DNA of 64,000 nt, from positions 142,477 through 206,476 of the forward strand of contig JBAZKL010000002.1 in NCBI GenBank assembly GCA_041650835.1. Reading direction: 5' to 3'. The notes beneath the pieces are model-generated. The model did no database searches, was not told the origin of the DNA, and worked only from the letters and a program-made list of their open reading frames with translations. Positions 1-9,195 of this stretch are shown one piece after another. The DNA is from Candidatus Omnitrophota bacterium (GTDB lineage Bacteria > Omnitrophota > Gorgyraeia > Gygaellales > Profunditerraquicolaceae). Position 1 is the first letter of the stretch. The number at the start of each line of letters is the position of its first letter. The position numbers and the translations under genes were made by a program.

Positions 1-633
1 CGGTTTGTTTTGATCTCCACCGATAAAGCGGTCAACCCGACATCTGTCATGGGAGCTACCAAAAGGATAGCGGAAATGCTCCTTCAGGCGAAATCAAAAA
101 AGAGCAGGACTAAATTCATGGCAGTCAGGTTTGGGAACGTGATCGGCTCTGACGGAAGCGTGGTGCCCCTGTTTAAGAAACAAATAGAAGAAGGCGGGCC
201 GGTCACGGTAACCGACCCTGAAGTAAAAAGGTATTTTATGAGCATCTCTGAGGCAGCCTCACTCGTCTTACAGGCAGGCGCCCTGGGTAAAGGAGGGGAA
301 ATATTCATCCTCGACATGGGTGAACAGGTCAAGATAGGCGACCTGGCAAAGAACCTCATCGCGCTTTCCGGCAGCGATGTCCCTATACAGTTCATCGGCC
401 TTCGCCCAGGCGAAAAACTCTATGAGGAAATGCTCTTGAATACCGAAAGCGATACGGTTACCAAGCATAATAAGATATATGTCACGAGATCTCCCGATTA
501 TAACCCTGCGAAATTACGCAAGAAAATAAAAGAGATGGAGCGTCTGGTGAAAACGTCCGATGTTAAAAAGACCATGCAGCTTATTTCTGAACTGGTGTCC
601 ACATATAAGCCTGCCAAAGATTCATTGATATGA
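1..633 (+). CDS. C-terminal part of a polysaccharide-biosynthesis nucleotide-sugar dehydratase/epimerase (CapD/PglF/WbpM-like). The 5' end is cut by the window edge.
   Basis: Open frame runs from the window start. The sequence shows C-terminal conserved blocks of the CapD/PglF family (FMAVRFGNV...[50 protein letters not shown]). Confidence 0.6.
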   Translation, partial: RFVLISTDKAVNPTSVMGATKRIAEMLLQAKSKKSRTKFMAVRFGNVIGSDGSVVPLFKKQIEEGGPVTVTDPEVKRYFMSISEAASLVLQAGALGKGGEIFILDMGEQVKIGDLAKNLIALSGSDVPIQFIGLRPGEKLYEEMLLNTESDTVTKHNKIYVTRSPDYNPAKLRKKIKEMERLVKTSDVKKTMQLISELVSTYKPAKDSLI

Positions 634-634
634 T

Positions 635-1957
635 ATGGAAATAACAAGAGAAAAAACAGTCTTTTTCTGTGACCGGGCGCTGTTCGTCTGCGTATGCCTG
701 TTAATGGCGTGGCTTCCGGTTTCCTCCGGAGGAGTAGAAACCTGTGTTTGGTCAGGGGTATTCTTTTGGGTCATGAAAAAGGTTTACGGGTATAAAACTA
801 AAAATTTCCGGGGCGGATTGTTCCCTCAGACAATTTTGAACAATCCTTTGATCTTTTTTATCATGGCAAATGTGATATCGACTGTTTTTACGGTCAATCT
901 CGGTTTGTCCGTAAGAGGTTTACTGGGAAAAGAATTGAAATTTATCGCTGTCTACGTCATGGTCGTTGAGGCGATCAGTAGTTATAAACGCCTGGAACGG
1001 CTCTTAGTTATAGCTCTTATCACATCTGTCATCATCATTGCTGACGCGGGTATGCAGTATTTTTACGGGATGGATTTCCTGCGCAGGTATGTCTCAACTC
1101 AGATGCGCGCCAGCTTTCCTTCTACCAATGATTTCGCAGGTTGGCTTATTATAATGATCTTCCTGTTTTTGGGAGTTATTTTCGCAAAAAAGGTTTTTAC
1201 AAGAAAATTAAAGATTTTCGCGGGAGTTGCGGCATTCGCCATGCTGATTTGTCTGCTCGTGACATTTTCGCGCGGCGGCTGGATAGGGTTTTTTTTCGGA
1301 GGGCTTATATTCCTTGCGATAGTTTTGAAACATTGCCGGTTGAGGTCTAAAATGATCTTGTCAAGTGTTGTGACAGGTTTATTAGTCTTCACCTTATTTT
1401 TACCGCAGTCGGTGAAGAACAAAGTTGAAGCTGTCGGCAAAATCGACTTTAAGACAGGACTGACCATTATTGACCGTTTTAAGTCTATGGCTGATATGAA
1501 TTACGCGTCAAATGCCCACCGTATAAAGCTCTGGAACCAAGCGTTACAGGTGATCAGGGATTTTCCGGTAAGCGGATGCGGCTTAAATACATATTCTTAT
1601 TTTGTAAAGAAATACCCGAGTTTTATTGGAGGGAGCATGTATCCTCATAATTCCTTTTTACAGATGACGGCTGAAACCGGCTTTGTAGGGTTAATAATGT
1701 TTTTGGTGCTTCTGATAAGTTTTTTGATCGCGGGGTTCGGCCATATCGCTCGGAAAAACAGTTATTTGGTTTTAGGGTTGGTATCCGGCATTTTCGCGTT
1801 CTTAGTGCAAAGTTTCTTTGATACCAATCTGTACGCGCTTCAATTAGTGGTTTTGTTCTGGTATATGCTGGGATTGACTATCGCGGTAATGAGGATAGAG
1901 CAACGCGATGATCCCGGCTCTGTCGTACAAGGGCCGTCTTTTGTGAAAAATAATTAA
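635..1957 (+). CDS. O-antigen ligase / Wzy_C family polytopic membrane protein
   Basis: About 10 predicted TM helices and the Wzy_C hallmark ...TFSRGGWIGFFFGGLIFL.... It is tightly packed against flanking glycan genes. Confidence 0.6.
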   Translation: MEITREKTVFFCDRALFVCVCLLMAWLPVSSGGVETCVWSGVFFWVMKKVYGYKTKNFRGGLFPQTILNNPLIFFIMANVISTVFTVNLGLSVRGLLGKELKFIAVYVMVVEAISSYKRLERLLVIALITSVIIIADAGMQYFYGMDFLRRYVSTQMRASFPSTNDFAGWLIIMIFLFLGVIFAKKVFTRKLKIFAGVAAFAMLICLLVTFSRGGWIGFFFGGLIFLAIVLKHCRLRSKMILSSVVTGLLVFTLFLPQSVKNKVEAVGKIDFKTGLTIIDRFKSMADMNYASNAHRIKLWNQALQVIRDFPVSGCGLNTYSYFVKKYPSFIGGSMYPHNSFLQMTAETGFVGLIMFLVLLISFLIAGFGHIARKNSYLVLGLVSGIFAFLVQSFFDTNLYALQLVVLFWYMLGLTIAVMRIEQRDDPGSVVQGPSFVKNN

Positions 1958-1965
1958 ATTACAGG

Positions 1966-3366
1966 ATGATCGATCTATTATTAATTAAGCCGCTGAGTAA
2001 ATACAGCCTGCAATACACTCCTTCTTTAGGCATGGGATTTATTGCCGCCCATGTGCAGGCGTGTGGTTTTCAGGTACGGATCGTTGACGCTAATGTAAAA
2101 AAAATAACTCCCGCTGAATTGCCCAAACATTGCTCTTTAAAAGATTTCCGGCTCATCGGCCTCCAGGCGTATGATATGGACCTGCAGGAGGTAAAAGAAT
2201 ACATACAGTCCATTCAAAGTGCCGCTCCCGGAGTCCCGGTCATCGTAGGCGGGCCGGCGCCCTCCTCTAATCCTGAGTTTGTCCTTGAGTTCCTTAAAAC
2301 GGCCGATTTTCTGGCTGTGGGAGAAGGGGAGATCTCTCTCGAGAGGCTTTTAAAGGTGCTTAAACCCGGGGCCGTTAAATATCCTCTTTTTGAACATGTG
2401 CCCAACCTGGCCTGGAGGCAGGATGGCTCGATCCATTTGACGCCCCATGAATATGTCCAGGACCTCGATGCTATCGGGGCCCCCGACTGGGATGCCCTGG
2501 ATCCGGGTTTGTATAAAAACGCGGTGCATGGTTTTTTTTATCGCCGCCTTCCGGCGCTGCCGGTCATGGTATCACGGGGATGCCCGTTCCGTTGTTCGTT
2601 TTGCGGGAGCAGGAATATCACCGGATATAAAGTCCGCAGGCGAAGCCCGGAGTCGGTTGTCAATGAACTGGAGTATTTAAAACATACCTTTGGTTTACGC
2701 GAGTTCCAGGTGATCGACGATAATTTTACTTTTCCTCCGGAAGCGGCATTGGAATTCGCGCAGATGCTGATCGACCGGCGGCTTAACCTGTTATGGACCT
2801 GTCCTAACGGCTTACGGTTAGACACCTTAAATAAGAAATTGCTCCTGGCTATGAAACGTTCGGGATGCTATGAAGTTGCCGTCGGTATAGAATCGGGAGA
2901 CCCCGGGATTTTGAAGGATATGGGTAAGAACCTGTCTTTGGAAACAGTCGTTGAGAAGGTGGATCTTATTCATCAACAAGGGATACAGGTGGTCGGGTTC
3001 GTCATGGTCGGGTATCCGTTAGAAACTGAAAAGACGCTGCGTAAAACGCTCGATTTTCTGCTCTCTCTACCGCTGGTGCGCATTAGCTTGACGAGGTTTA
3101 TCCCTATGCTCGGCACGCCGATAAGCGAACGGCTGCTTGCGAAAGGCGAGATCAGCACCGCAACGATAGACCCGACAAAACAAAATTACAACTCTTTCAC
3201 CTATGTCCCGGCAGCGCTTACCGAAAGCAGGCTTCATTATTGGTACCGTTTTATTTTTTTGCGGTTTTCATTACGGCCGCGCATAATCTTTCATAATATA
3301 AGGAATATAAGATCATTCTCTCATGCAAGAATCATCTTTCAAAAGATCATCGGATTCTTTAAATAA
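1966..3366 (+). CDS. Cobalamin (B12)-binding radical SAM enzyme
   Basis: N-terminal Rossmann-like B12-binding region (LLIKP...GMGFIAAHVQACGFQVRIVD) followed by the radical SAM cluster motif VSRGCPFRCSFCGS. Confidence 0.75.
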   Translation: MIDLLLIKPLSKYSLQYTPSLGMGFIAAHVQACGFQVRIVDANVKKITPAELPKHCSLKDFRLIGLQAYDMDLQEVKEYIQSIQSAAPGVPVIVGGPAPSSNPEFVLEFLKTADFLAVGEGEISLERLLKVLKPGAVKYPLFEHVPNLAWRQDGSIHLTPHEYVQDLDAIGAPDWDALDPGLYKNAVHGFFYRRLPALPVMVSRGCPFRCSFCGSRNITGYKVRRRSPESVVNELEYLKHTFGLREFQVIDDNFTFPPEAALEFAQMLIDRRLNLLWTCPNGLRLDTLNKKLLLAMKRSGCYEVAVGIESGDPGILKDMGKNLSLETVVEKVDLIHQQGIQVVGFVMVGYPLETEKTLRKTLDFLLSLPLVRISLTRFIPMLGTPISERLLAKGEISTATIDPTKQNYNSFTYVPAALTESRLHYWYRFIFLRFSLRPRIIFHNIRNIRSFSHARIIFQKIIGFFK

Positions 3367-3409
3367 TTTGCCCGTTTCCGGCACCCGAAAGGTCAAAAAA
3401 GCCTTTTGT

Positions 3410-4906
3410 ATGGCAGCCGGCAGGGGAATACGCTTTCGGTCCTACAGCAGGGTGATCCCGAAGTCAATGCTTGTTATTGATTCAGAACCATTGATCTCCC
3501 GCAACATTCGGCTGCTTGACGAAGCGTTCGACCTGGACATAGTATACGTTCTTATCAGCCGCAAAAACGCTGTTATCCGTGAGTGCGTCAATAAAATGAC
3601 CCGCTTAAAATGCAAACTGGAGTTTATCGAGATCCCGGAAGAAAATGTTTCTCAGGGCCTCCTCGCCGGGTACGCCGCGATCGCAGCGTACCTTGATCCC
3701 TCGGAAGTCTTTGTTTCTGTTTTGGGAGATGAGTATTATGAAGGGACCGACCACCGGGGATTTGCCGAGTTCATCCAGAGCTGCCCTGATTTCTCGGTTT
3801 GCTGCGCCGTTAAGAGATATGTTTCTCCCGATGAGTATTTTAAAAATTATTCCGTTGATTTTCTCTCGGGATCGCAGGTTAAAGAGGTCCGTGAAAAACC
3901 GAAGAAAATAACCTCCGCGTATTTCGGTTTAGGAATGATCAGTGGAAAACGGGAGCTTCCTGAATTAGCTCAAAAGAAGCTCCAGGAGGGCAGCCCGGTT
4001 AATTTCATCGAGCTTTTAAACAGTATGCCCCAACAGGGCGCGGGGTGCTTACGGGGCTTTGAATTCCGGGGCGGCTACGTCAATATCAATACCCGCAGCG
4101 ATGTTTTTAAATTAAAAAGGTTCCTGAGGGAGAGCCGCTGGAAGACATTTTCTATTGATGTGATCATCCCCGCGTGGAATGAAGCGGAGTCTATCGCTTA
4201 TGTAGTCAAGGATTTTCTCCCGGTGTGCGGGAAGGTGATCGTTATGGACAATGCTTCAACTGACGGGACTGCCGATATCGCCCGCGCGGCAGGGGCGGTC
4301 GTATATTCCGAGAAGCTTGACGGTTATGGGGACGCTATAAAAAAAGGCATGGACCGGTCGCTTGCCGATATTATGTGTATTACGGAGGCCGACGGCACAT
4401 TCCGCGGTGAAGATATCGAAAAATTGCTTATGTATCTAAAGAACGCCGACGCTGTTATCGGCACCCGCACCTATTGGCAGTATGTCGAGTATGGCGCCAA
4501 CATGCCTTTTACGCAGCGTTTCGGGAACATGATCTTCGGTTCGATCATTACGCTGCTTTGGTGGAACCGCCGTTCGAGATTCACCGATGTAGGCTGCACT
4601 TTCCGTTGTTTGTGGAAAGATTCGTATCAAAGGATCGCTCACCGCCTGGTAGGCCGGGGGCCTGAGTTTTCACCGGAAATGATCATTGAATTGCTCAATA
4701 CCTGGCAAAGGGTGATCGAAGTACCGGTGCCGTATCACGCGCGCGTAATGGGAGAATCCAAGTTCTCTCACAGCTTTTTTGCTTCAGCAAAGACCGCCTG
4801 GAAGATGCTGAGGATAATCGTCTATAAACGATGGAAGGAATGGATGTTTACCTTGTTTGCCCTGAAATCGATGTATTTTAACTCCCAGGAAAGGCCGTCC
4901 GCATGA
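3410..4906 (+). CDS. Fusion protein: sugar-phosphate nucleotidyltransferase domain plus family-2 glycosyltransferase (polyprenol-phosphate sugar synthase, DPM1/ArnC-like)
   Basis: N-terminal MAAGRGIRF...P.SML nucleotidyltransferase signature. C-terminal IDVIIPAWNEAESI...VMDNASTDGT...GYGDAIKKG...ITEADGTF GT2 (DPM1-like) motifs. The ATG at 3410 is chosen because the upstream part of the 3323 ORF overlaps the preceding gene. Confidence 0.6.
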   Translation: MAAGRGIRFRSYSRVIPKSMLVIDSEPLISRNIRLLDEAFDLDIVYVLISRKNAVIRECVNKMTRLKCKLEFIEIPEENVSQGLLAGYAAIAAYLDPSEVFVSVLGDEYYEGTDHRGFAEFIQSCPDFSVCCAVKRYVSPDEYFKNYSVDFLSGSQVKEVREKPKKITSAYFGLGMISGKRELPELAQKKLQEGSPVNFIELLNSMPQQGAGCLRGFEFRGGYVNINTRSDVFKLKRFLRESRWKTFSIDVIIPAWNEAESIAYVVKDFLPVCGKVIVMDNASTDGTADIARAAGAVVYSEKLDGYGDAIKKGMDRSLADIMCITEADGTFRGEDIEKLLMYLKNADAVIGTRTYWQYVEYGANMPFTQRFGNMIFGSIITLLWWNRRSRFTDVGCTFRCLWKDSYQRIAHRLVGRGPEFSPEMIIELLNTWQRVIEVPVPYHARVMGESKFSHSFFASAKTAWKMLRIIVYKRWKEWMFTLFALKSMYFNSQERPSA

Positions 4907-6996
4907 TCATCCTGTTTGTGGAAGCGTTAATGGTTATCTTGAGCTCGTGGCTCCTGGCGCGTGAATATTTCGGTTTGCGGCTTTTAAGCGAATCAGTTAT
5001 TGTCTGTTTTATGCTCGGATTTGCCCAGATCGTTCTGGTAGAGCTGGGATGCGGCATTACGGGAAAACTTTATGTATATACTGTTTTTACGTCGCATCTG
5101 GCGGTTTTTGCCTTCGTTGTAATGCTCTATTTGAAAAAGAAAAGAACAACATTGGAAAAACCTGATATCGAGCCATTTTTGAAAAGCAATCTGCTGCTGT
5201 ACGCTTTGAGCGCCTTCGCGGCGTTCTTCCTGGTTAAAATATCCGTTAATTTGCTTAATCCTCCGTTAAGCCCTGACAGCCTGCAATTCCATCTGGCATT
5301 TCCCGCCGCCTGGATCACTCAGGGGAATTTAAACAGCCCGTTCTTTGTTTTCGGCGCAAGCCCTATTGTGAACCCCGGGTCATTGGAAACAGGGTCTCTT
5401 TCTTATTACCCTATTAACGCGCAGTTGTTTTATACTTGGCTCATGCTGCCTCTTCGCAACGCTTTCCTGGCGGATATAGGTGAAGCTCCGTTCTATATTA
5501 TCGGCATAGTAACGATATACGCGATATTGAAGCGCTATGGCATTGATAAGACAAGGGCTTTGTTAACCGGTTTCCTCTGGGCGCTTATCCCTAATATCCT
5601 GAAACAGCTGCGTACCGGCTCATTGATAGACGTTATTTGCGCGGTTTTGCTTTTGATGGTTTTTTATACGCTATTGTTGCTTAAAAAAGAATTGAGCGTT
5701 AAGCATGCTTTGCTCTTCGGGACCGCCCTGGGGCTTTTTATCGGTACCAAGATCATTAATTTTGTCTGGCTTATCGCTTTTATCCCTTTTATGGCTTATG
5801 TTTTGTTCGCTGCCGTAGGCGAAAAAAAACTTGCGTTCGGCCGCGCAGCCGCTATCTCGGCGGCGGCAGCGGGTATGGTGATCATCCTTGGCGGGTACGT
5901 CTATATAAAGAACTTCATTTATACCGGAAATCCTTTGTTTCCCGTCTCCGTGAAGATAGCGGGGAAGGCCCTTTTTAAAGGCTTGCTTGATAACGCCGGA
6001 TATAAGGCCCAAATAGCCCGCGGCGACCAGATAAATATCATGAAAGTCATTTTCCGGGAAGGCTTGGGGCTGCAATTCTTATTATTGATCCTTCCCTGTA
6101 CTGTCGCGCCGCTTATTTTTTTACGGTACCTTAAAACGAGGCTTAAGCCGTTTACTGAATATATCCTTTTGTTCCTTACTCCGTTAATGATGATAGTTTT
6201 ATATTTGGTTTTTATAAATATATCCTGGGTGAGGTATATTTTCCCGTATTTGACGCTGGGATTAGTAGTCGCGGTCATATTCGTAACCGCTTTACCCGGC
6301 GGCCATGCGTATTTGACTTTTGTGTCGTTCGTAGCCATTACCGCGGCATTATTCGAATTAGGAAAAGGCTCTGAGCTGGTTGTGTCTGTCGCGCTGACCA
6401 TCGCGTTAACGGCCGTGTTTATTTTTTACAAAAAACAGATCATTGTATTTTATAAAACCAGGGTTTTCGGTACAGTTTTTTTTGCGGCTGCCGGTACGGG
6501 TGCGCTCATCTTGTTTTTTGGGAACGCCCAATACGACCGGAATGAATTTACCAGGTACCCGCAGACTTTCAGTAAAAAAGAGTCCTGGCAGATCGATACG
6601 GGGAGAAGCTGGAAATGGCTTAACGAGCATTCCGGTGAGGGTGCCGGTATCGCCTACGCCGGCCGTTCGGAGTTTTATCCGCTTTTCGGTGATCACTTGA
6701 AAAACAGGGTAAGCTACATTTCGGTCAATGATAAAGAGATTACCCCGTATAATGATCCTGACGGCTCCTGCCGGCAGAAAAAGGATTACGCGGCATGGCG
6801 CAGAAATCTTCTCTCAAAAAAGGTCGACTATCTGTATACGGTACTTCCCTGCCCTGAAAACAGGGAAGTTGAGGATGCCGGCGCATTTCCGATAGAGGAC
6901 CAGTGGGCTGCCGGCCATCCTGAAGGTTTTCAGCTGGTGTTCAGTAACTCTTTGACGAGGATATATAAAGTAATAATGAACGAACGGTTAAATTGA
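4903..6996 (+). CDS. Large polytopic membrane glycosyltransferase of GT-C fold (ArnT/PMT-like)
   Basis: 697 aa with at least 12 TM segments in the N-terminal 500 aa and a soluble C-terminal domain. It directly follows and overlaps a polyprenol-phosphate-sugar synthase gene, the arrangement seen for ArnC-ArnT and DPM-PMT pairs. Assignment rests on architecture and context. Confidence 0.45.
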   Translation: MIILFVEALMVILSSWLLAREYFGLRLLSESVIVCFMLGFAQIVLVELGCGITGKLYVYTVFTSHLAVFAFVVMLYLKKKRTTLEKPDIEPFLKSNLLLYALSAFAAFFLVKISVNLLNPPLSPDSLQFHLAFPAAWITQGNLNSPFFVFGASPIVNPGSLETGSLSYYPINAQLFYTWLMLPLRNAFLADIGEAPFYIIGIVTIYAILKRYGIDKTRALLTGFLWALIPNILKQLRTGSLIDVICAVLLLMVFYTLLLLKKELSVKHALLFGTALGLFIGTKIINFVWLIAFIPFMAYVLFAAVGEKKLAFGRAAAISAAAAGMVIILGGYVYIKNFIYTGNPLFPVSVKIAGKALFKGLLDNAGYKAQIARGDQINIMKVIFREGLGLQFLLLILPCTVAPLIFLRYLKTRLKPFTEYILLFLTPLMMIVLYLVFINISWVRYIFPYLTLGLVVAVIFVTALPGGHAYLTFVSFVAITAALFELGKGSELVVSVALTIALTAVFIFYKKQIIVFYKTRVFGTVFFAAAGTGALILFFGNAQYDRNEFTRYPQTFSKKESWQIDTGRSWKWLNEHSGEGAGIAYAGRSEFYPLFGDHLKNRVSYISVNDKEITPYNDPDGSCRQKKDYAAWRRNLLSKKVDYLYTVLPCPENREVEDAGAFPIEDQWAAGHPEGFQLVFSNSLTRIYKVIMNERLN

Positions 6997-7047
6997 ACTT
7001 TTCGTTTTCCAAATAAAAGCGCGAACTGACTGCTTTTACGAAAGCAT

Positions 7048-8472
7048 ATGCGCGCAGAAAGAGAAAGACAAGTTATGAAGGTATTCCTTGTTTATCCTCC
7101 GTGCTCTGAGCTTAATTTAAAGGGTTATCCGCTCGGATTAGGTTATCTTGCCGCAGCTATGGGTAAACATTTTGATGTCAGCGTATTTAACTATAACGGC
7201 AGAGAGTTCCAACAGAGTATCCGCTCATTCTTACAGGAGATAAAAGCGGGGAAGCCCGATATCGTCGGGATATCGTTTAATTCCTTTAACCGCTGGGGCG
7301 CGTACCGGCTGATAAACCAGATTAAGCGCCTGGACTCAAAGATCAAGGTCGTTTTAGGCGGCGTTCACCCCTCGACGATGTTCGGGCAGGTGTTCCAATA
7401 CTTTTATAAAAATATCGATTTTATTATCCAGTCTGAGGGTGAAACAACGCTGGTAAAACTCTGTCAAGCTTTAGAAAAATCGGCTGATTTCACCGGCATA
7501 AGCGGTTTGGTTTACAAGACGGCCGACGGAAAGTTCAAGGCAAACCCGGTAACGGATATTGTCAAGAATATTGACGACCTGGCGATGCCGGATTATTCGT
7601 ATGCCGCGCAAGAAATAAGGAGAAAGGGGATCGCGTTCCTGATCTCTTCCCGGGGCTGCCCGGTGAATTGTTCGTTTTGTTCTACGTCATCGTTCTGGGG
7701 CCAGAATGTCCGCATGAATTCTCCTGAACGGATCGGCGCTGAAGTTGAAAGCGCGGTCCAGCGTGGAGCAAAAAAGATATTCTTTCATGATGACACCTTT
7801 AATTTGGGTATAGAGCGCACGATCAAGATCGCGGGCGTCTTAAAGAAATTTAATATCGAATATGCTATCCAGTGCAGGGTCACTCCTGTCAACGAGGAAA
7901 TGATCGCCGCGCTGGCGGATTCCGGATGCAGGCATATCACCTGGGGGGCGGAGAGCCTTTCCGAATCGATCCTTAATAACATCCATAAGAAGATCACCCG
8001 GGAGCAGGTGAAAAAAGCTTTTGACATATGCGCCGGCTTTACCGATAAACTTACAACTTCCGCTTTCTTTTGCGTCGGTACACCGGGGGAATCTGAAAAA
8101 ACGGTCGCTGAAACTCTCTCATACTTGAATAATTTTATCCGTTCAACCCACGGGCCGGGCGCGTCCATGCTTTACATTTTACCCGGGACTAAAATACACG
8201 CTGACCTGGTGAAGGCCCGGAAATTCGATGAGCGGATATGGCTTGAGAGCGGCTCGGTATATTATTATACCGGCGAGCATTCTATGAAGGTGCTCAACCG
8301 CTGGCGTAAAGCGATCAACCGCAGCGGCATCAGGATCCCGTATACTGCCGCTTATTTCTGGGATTCACTCTCTCAGAAAAATGCTCCCGAGGGAAAACCC
8401 GGGAATAATTTGTTTGCCAAAACAGTTAAAAAATTTAAAAGAGCCGTGAATCTATTACTGCGCCGGTATTAA
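7048..8472 (+). CDS. Cobalamin (B12)-binding radical SAM enzyme (second paralog)
   Basis: B12-binding N-terminal region (MKVFLVYPP...GLGYLAAAMGKHFDV) and CxxxCxxC motif SSRGCPVNCSFCS. Confidence 0.75.
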   Translation: MRAERERQVMKVFLVYPPCSELNLKGYPLGLGYLAAAMGKHFDVSVFNYNGREFQQSIRSFLQEIKAGKPDIVGISFNSFNRWGAYRLINQIKRLDSKIKVVLGGVHPSTMFGQVFQYFYKNIDFIIQSEGETTLVKLCQALEKSADFTGISGLVYKTADGKFKANPVTDIVKNIDDLAMPDYSYAAQEIRRKGIAFLISSRGCPVNCSFCSTSSFWGQNVRMNSPERIGAEVESAVQRGAKKIFFHDDTFNLGIERTIKIAGVLKKFNIEYAIQCRVTPVNEEMIAALADSGCRHITWGAESLSESILNNIHKKITREQVKKAFDICAGFTDKLTTSAFFCVGTPGESEKTVAETLSYLNNFIRSTHGPGASMLYILPGTKIHADLVKARKFDERIWLESGSVYYYTGEHSMKVLNRWRKAINRSGIRIPYTAAYFWDSLSQKNAPEGKPGNNLFAKTVKKFKRAVNLLLRRY

Positions 8473-8507
8473 CACCAATCCCGCAGTATTATTATTCGGA
8501 GAAGGAA

Positions 8508-9182
8508 ATGCCTGAACTTTCTGTTATCGTCCCGGTGTATAATGAAGCGACCATGATCGAGGGGATCATTAAAAAGATCATCGATATCCCGGTCGATAAA
8601 GAGATCATCGTCGTTGATGACGGCTCCTCAGACGGCACGGGAAAGATCTTAAGGTCGATCTCCTACCCTGGGGTTTTGATCATACATCACGGCACCAATC
8701 GCGGCAAGGGAGCTGCCGTCCTGACCGGTTTGGCTCACGCGCGCGGAGAATATTTGATCGTGCAAGACGCTGATTTCGAATATGATCCTCATGACTATTT
8801 AAAGTTGCTTGAACAGGCAAAGCTCGGGAAAGGCGACCTTATATTAGGGGCGCGTTTCATGAAAGGCTATTTTGGCATGGCTATCCCTAAAATGGGCAAC
8901 CGTTTATTGACCGGCCTCGTCAATCTTTTATTCGGAGTCAAATTAAATGATTGTTTTACCTGCTATAAGCTGATGCGCAGAGTAAGCATACTCGATCTTA
9001 ACCTTGTGTCGGGAAGCTTTGATATTGAGATCGAGATACTTGCTAAGGCCATAAAGAAAAAAATGCATATTTTTGAAGTGCCGATAACATACCGGCCGCG
9101 CACATATTCTCAAGGCAAGAAGATAAGGATACGGGACGGTTTGTGGGCGGTGGCAAGGATATTCAAGTTCCGTTTTAACTAA
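8508..9182 (+). CDS. Family-2 glycosyltransferase, polyprenol-phosphate glycosyltransferase type (DPM1/ArnC/GtrB-like)
   Basis: LSVIVPVYNEA...IIVVDDGSSDGT...NRGKGAAVLTGL..A.GEYLIVQDADFEYDP motifs. Confidence 0.7.
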   Translation: MPELSVIVPVYNEATMIEGIIKKIIDIPVDKEIIVVDDGSSDGTGKILRSISYPGVLIIHHGTNRGKGAAVLTGLAHARGEYLIVQDADFEYDPHDYLKLLEQAKLGKGDLILGARFMKGYFGMAIPKMGNRLLTGLVNLLFGVKLNDCFTCYKLMRRVSILDLNLVSGSFDIEIEILAKAIKKKMHIFEVPITYRPRTYSQGKKIRIRDGLWAVARIFKFRFN

Positions 9183-9195
9183 GAAAGAGGGCGCT

